Part shown: one piece after another, positions 1 to 63,542 of the stretch
How positions within the stretch are numbered: position 1 is the stretch's first letter
How the letters are laid out: each line of letters opens with the position of its first letter
Source: Octopus bimaculoides
Taxonomy: Eukaryota
Direction of reading: 5' to 3'
DNA: 63,542 nucleotides
Assembly: GCF_001194135.2 (NCBI RefSeq)
Contig: NC_068989.1
Coordinates: 10,166,094 to 10,229,635, forward strand
Program-made: the position numbers and the translations under genes
The notes under the pieces: generated by a model
Database searches by the model: none
Told to the model about the DNA's origin: nothing
The model's input: the letters and a program-made list of their open reading frames with translations, nothing else

Positions 1-64
1 ATACATACATATATATACATACATACATATATATACATACATACATATATATACATACATACAT

Positions 65-111
<47 letters not shown>

Positions 112-766
112 TTATACATGTATATATATATATACATATGTGTGGGTGTGTAATGTATATGTGTGTATATATACATATATATATATCACTAAAAAGAAAA
201 ATGTAAGATAAGTTCTGAGTAAAAGAAAAGAAGCAAAAAACAAAAACAGTATTTAAATCCTTTGACCATGGTTTCAAATAGCATTCAGTACCATTGAGCT
301 AAATTGTTAACAGAATTCCATCAGAGTAAAAGATTTGCAATGAAAGCAAAATGAAATGGAAAAATACACAATTTCAAATTTGATTCTTACAAAGTCCAGT
401 GTGAAAAAAAAAGGAAAGAAAGAAAGAAAGAAAGAAAGAAAGACAGAAAGAAAGAAAAGTGAAATGAATTGAATAGAATAGAAATTTCTAAGTGAAATAG
501 TATTAGAATTTATGAAATATTGAAATAGTTTTATTTATGAATTATGAATAGTTTTCCTTGTGAATTTATGAAACATTGAAATTTATGAATTATTGAAAGT
601 ATTTCAATAAGTCACTTCATTACCTTCTTGATTATTATCGAAATATAAATAGTTATCAGACAGACACCGATAAAAGAAGAAGAATCGTGAAACCAGTTTC
701 TTCTGCTTGTAGCAGACAACAGTAGTTTTAAAAATATCATAGAAATAGAATGTGACCAGTACTTAC

Positions 767-60138
<59,372 letters not shown>

Positions 60139-60530
60139 CTGAAATAGAAAGAAAATACAAGTTATTTCCAGAAGATTTGCAAGATAAATATATGATTTAA
60201 TTGGAAAATGGTTTGTGGCTACTTCTACAATTGCACAACTTTCTCAAGTAGTTTAATTATATTTAGTGAGAGCTATGTGCCACAAAACGATGTAAATGCT
60301 TTTATTCTTTTACTTGATTCACCTTGAGAGCTGAGGTCATGCTGGGGCACTGCCATACGTTGAAGTATATTTTAAATACTGATAAGACTATACACTTTAA
60401 TGGAATGCTGGTTGACAACTAAAAATATGATCATTATATGAGGAACTTGGTCTTTAGGTATGCAGTAAAGAAATATGAGTTAGTTGTAACCTTCTTTCTC
60501 AACAGTAATAGCTTTGGAACCAAAATATAA

Positions 60531-60833
60531 GGGAGTGCATTCATCCCAAATGATATGGTGGCATTGGCACAACACTTCTGGTGAAGCTGAATCTTTGCTA
60601 ATGTTACAAATTGGTCTGTCATTTGTGACCAGGTTTAGTGGTAATTTAAAAGCAGAATGAGTTGTTTGTCCTCCTGGGAGAATGGTGGCAGCAAAGGCAG
60701 ACAATGGTACAGCAACTGCAATTCTTTTTTGTTACCCTACCTTGGAGAGAAGCAATGTTACAAATGTTTTACCAGTGCCACCAGGAGCATCAAGAAAGAA
60801 TATTCCTCTGCTTTTTTCTGGCGATTGTAGAAC
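60531..60833 (-). pseudogene. Helitron PIF1-like helicase fragment
   Basis: One frame: RGIFFLDAPGGTGKTFVTLLLSKVG*QKRIAVAVPLSAFAATILPGGQTTHSAFKLPLNL...CNISKDS...CHHIIWDECT (Walker A, motif Ia, Walker B); one in-frame stop. Confidence 0.85.
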
Positions 60834-61705
60834 ACCACGCATACATACATATACATACAGTATCAAACATCAGATGAAATGAATGTGTGAGAGAGAGAGA
60901 GTGCCACTTAGACACCACTCTCTCTCTCTCAAACACACACACATACATACAAAAAAAGATTATGCATATGTATTTATGTATGTACGCATACATGACAACA
61001 CAACACTCCACACAGACACATACATAAATGTACATACAATTACTTAGAGTTGAACACACCCTGCAAAAAGAAAATAATAAAAAAAAATTTACGAAGATTA
61101 ACAAAGTGTGCGAGTGCAGAGCAGAGCAGAGCAGAGAGAGAGGGAGAGGGAGAGAGAGAGGNNNNNNNNNNNNNNNNNNNNNNNNNNNNNNNNNNNNNNN
61201 NNNNNNNNNNNNNNNNNNNNNNNNNNNNNNNNNNNNNNNNNNNNNNNNNNNNNNNNNNNNNNNNNNNNNNNNNNNNNNNNNNNNNNNNNNNNNNNNNNNN
61301 NNNNNNNNNNNNNNNNNNNNNNNNNNNNNNNNNNNNNNNNNNNNNNNNNNNNNNNNNNNNNNNNNNNNNNNNNNNNNNNNNNNNNNNNNNNNNNNNNNNN
61401 NNNNNNNNNNNNNNNNNNNNNNNNNNNNNNNNNNNNNNNNNNNNNNNNNNNNNNNNNNNNNNNNNNNNNNNNNNNNNNNNNNNNNNNNNNNNNNNNNNNN
61501 NNNNNNNNNNNNNNNNNNNNNNNNNNNNNNNNNNNNNNNNNNNNNNNNNNNNNNNNNNNNNNNNNNNNNNNNNNNNNNNNNNNNNNNNNNNNNNNNNNNN
61601 NNNNNNNNNNNNNNNNNNNNNNNNNNNNNNNNNNNNNNNNNNNNNNNNNNNNNNNNNNNNNNNNNNNNNNNNNNNNNNNNNNNNNNNNNNNNNNNNNNNN
61701 NNNNN

Positions 61706-61768
<63 letters not shown>

Positions 61769-61769
61769 G

Positions 61770-62210
61770 GCACAGGCATTGCTGTATGGTAAGAGGTTTG
61801 TTCCCAATCACATTGTTCTGGGTTCAATCCCACTGCATGGCACCTTAGGCAAGCACCTTCTACTACAGCCCAGATCCAACCAAAGTACTCTGAGTGTATT
61901 TGTTGATAGAAACTGAAAGAAGCTTGTCATGTGTGTGTATGAGTGTGTGTCTGTCTGTCTGTCTGTTTCTTTCTTAGCCTTGCTATTGCACGATAGTTGT
62001 AAACAAATGTAACTGTCATTCAAGCAGTGTCCTTTGTTCCAAATCTTCTGTGAAAACATTTCTGGTTATGGGGAAATATTACCTTACTTGGAAGCAGGTG
62101 AGATTTGGCAACAGGAAGGGCATCCGGCCAAAGAAGATACAACAAATTTCCATCCGACCCATGCGAACATGGAAAAGTTGACGTAAAAACAATGATGATG
62201 GAGACGATGA
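61770..62210 (+). mobile_element. SINE head C + alternative tail
   Basis: Same architecture as 37828-38255. Confidence 0.65.
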
Positions 62211-62703
62211 TGATATACACCGTACTTAATTTAAACATATGTCTATTCATTAATTGTCTTATGAATAACATAAATAACATAAGTATATTCTAAAGTTTTA
62301 TGTCTTCCATATCATTCTTTAGTTTATCAGTCAATCATCTTATGAATAATGAAATTTTCATGTCTTTGATTGTGTTACACAAAGTGCAACATATTTAATT
62401 GGAAAGGTTTGGCTTAGTAGATGATTAATTACACTAAAGTTAACTTGTTAAGTGACTGATGATTAAAAAAAACAAAATTATGATCATCATCATCATCGTC
62501 ATTGTTTAACAGCTGCCTTCCATGCTAGCATGGAAATGGTTCAATAAAAGGCAACTATACTCTTCACTGTCACCACTTTACAACCACCACTGCCACCATC
62601 TTCATTAACCAATTGCCCAATTGGTGATGCCACCACCACCACCACCCTAACACAAGTTCTCAGTGTATGATGAGTTGAGCCTACCATGTCCTATCCTGTA
62701 AAA

Positions 62704-62745
<42 letters not shown>

Positions 62746-62834
62746 CCTTTCAGCTATTCATTTAACCACATACCATAAGAGTATTTCCTTTCTCCTACTT
62801 CAGACCACTACAGCATTCCCTTCTGCTGAACACA

Positions 62835-62869
<35 letters not shown>

Positions 62870-63542
62870 CTCCCTTCAACTAACCATTTACCCTGATATC
62901 ATATGATAGGTACACAACCAAAATAATATAATAGATATTTATGTACATGGTAATCATTAGAAATGAAAATATTGGATTTAAAATATTTACATCCTCACTC
63001 CTTTTTCTTTTTTCTCCCACACTGTCTTTTTCTCATACAGTCTTACTTGCTCTCTGAGATGAAAGAGGAGTAGTAGACAATGAAAGTGTGCAAGAAACTG
63101 AATTTTAGAAATGAAAAAATTATGCACACCCAGTATGTAAGTTCAAACAAAAAAACCCGAATATAGACAACTTATTTGGGCCCTCACTGGTGAACCAAAG
63201 ATTCAGTAATGAGGTATTCTATTCATTAAAGGGCCACAAGAGACATTTTTGATTTATACATATATACCATATATATCATGGTTATCACAGTATTGACCAA
63301 ACCATCAGATGTTATATATCGCAAGTATGTATCTAACAAAATCTAAGTTCTACCCAGCTTTCATTAAACCAAAATTCTACCCACCAAATGGCTCATTCAA
63401 TAAGTTGAATCAGACAAGCATTTTACTTTCAAATATAACCTATCCAAGCTATAAAAAATTTAAACAAGAAGCAGTTATCCCAGTTACAAGGTCTCACAAA
63501 ATCAAACAATTCTTCAACCCGCTAAGAATTCAAATTATGTAC

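Noticed and set aside
60139-63542. Expected upstream kinase exons (GxGTYG P-loop, AAIK lysine)
   Set aside because: Not found on the minus strand; presumably beyond the window or in the 544-N gap

Overview
Eukaryotic, AT-rich, microsatellite- and SINE-saturated draft-assembly sequence with 10 N-gaps. The repeat types suggest an octopod cephalopod (inference). The window is the interior of one minus-strand gene, a Misshapen/MAP4K4/MINK1/TNIK (GCK-IV Ste20) kinase. I reconstructed 14 GT-AG exons by hand (60138 down to 767; 1307 nt, one uninterrupted frame, about 435 aa): [29 protein letters not shown]...LVMEFCGAGS...HRDIKGQN...DFG...GTPYWMAPE...QRPE-DLDLIAAQL...DGTLVVSEPARP. The 5' exons (P-loop, catalytic Lys) and the C-terminal CNH-domain exons are not in the window. 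Introns hold modular tRNA-derived SINEs, RTE-type LINE 3' ends, TTAA-flanked piggyBac-like and hAT-like MITEs, a Helitron helicase relic, a probable Hero (R2-like) 3' end and two minisatellites. I found no convincing new protein-coding system. The best leads are at the RNA and mobile-element level: two concentric inverted-repeat pairs around kinase exons (one predicts a stop-free 249-nt circRNA or an in-frame exon skip), head/tail-swapping SINEs, repeated nesting of retroposons inside MITEs, a candidate alternative terminal exon, and two gap-flanking duplications that look like assembly artefacts.
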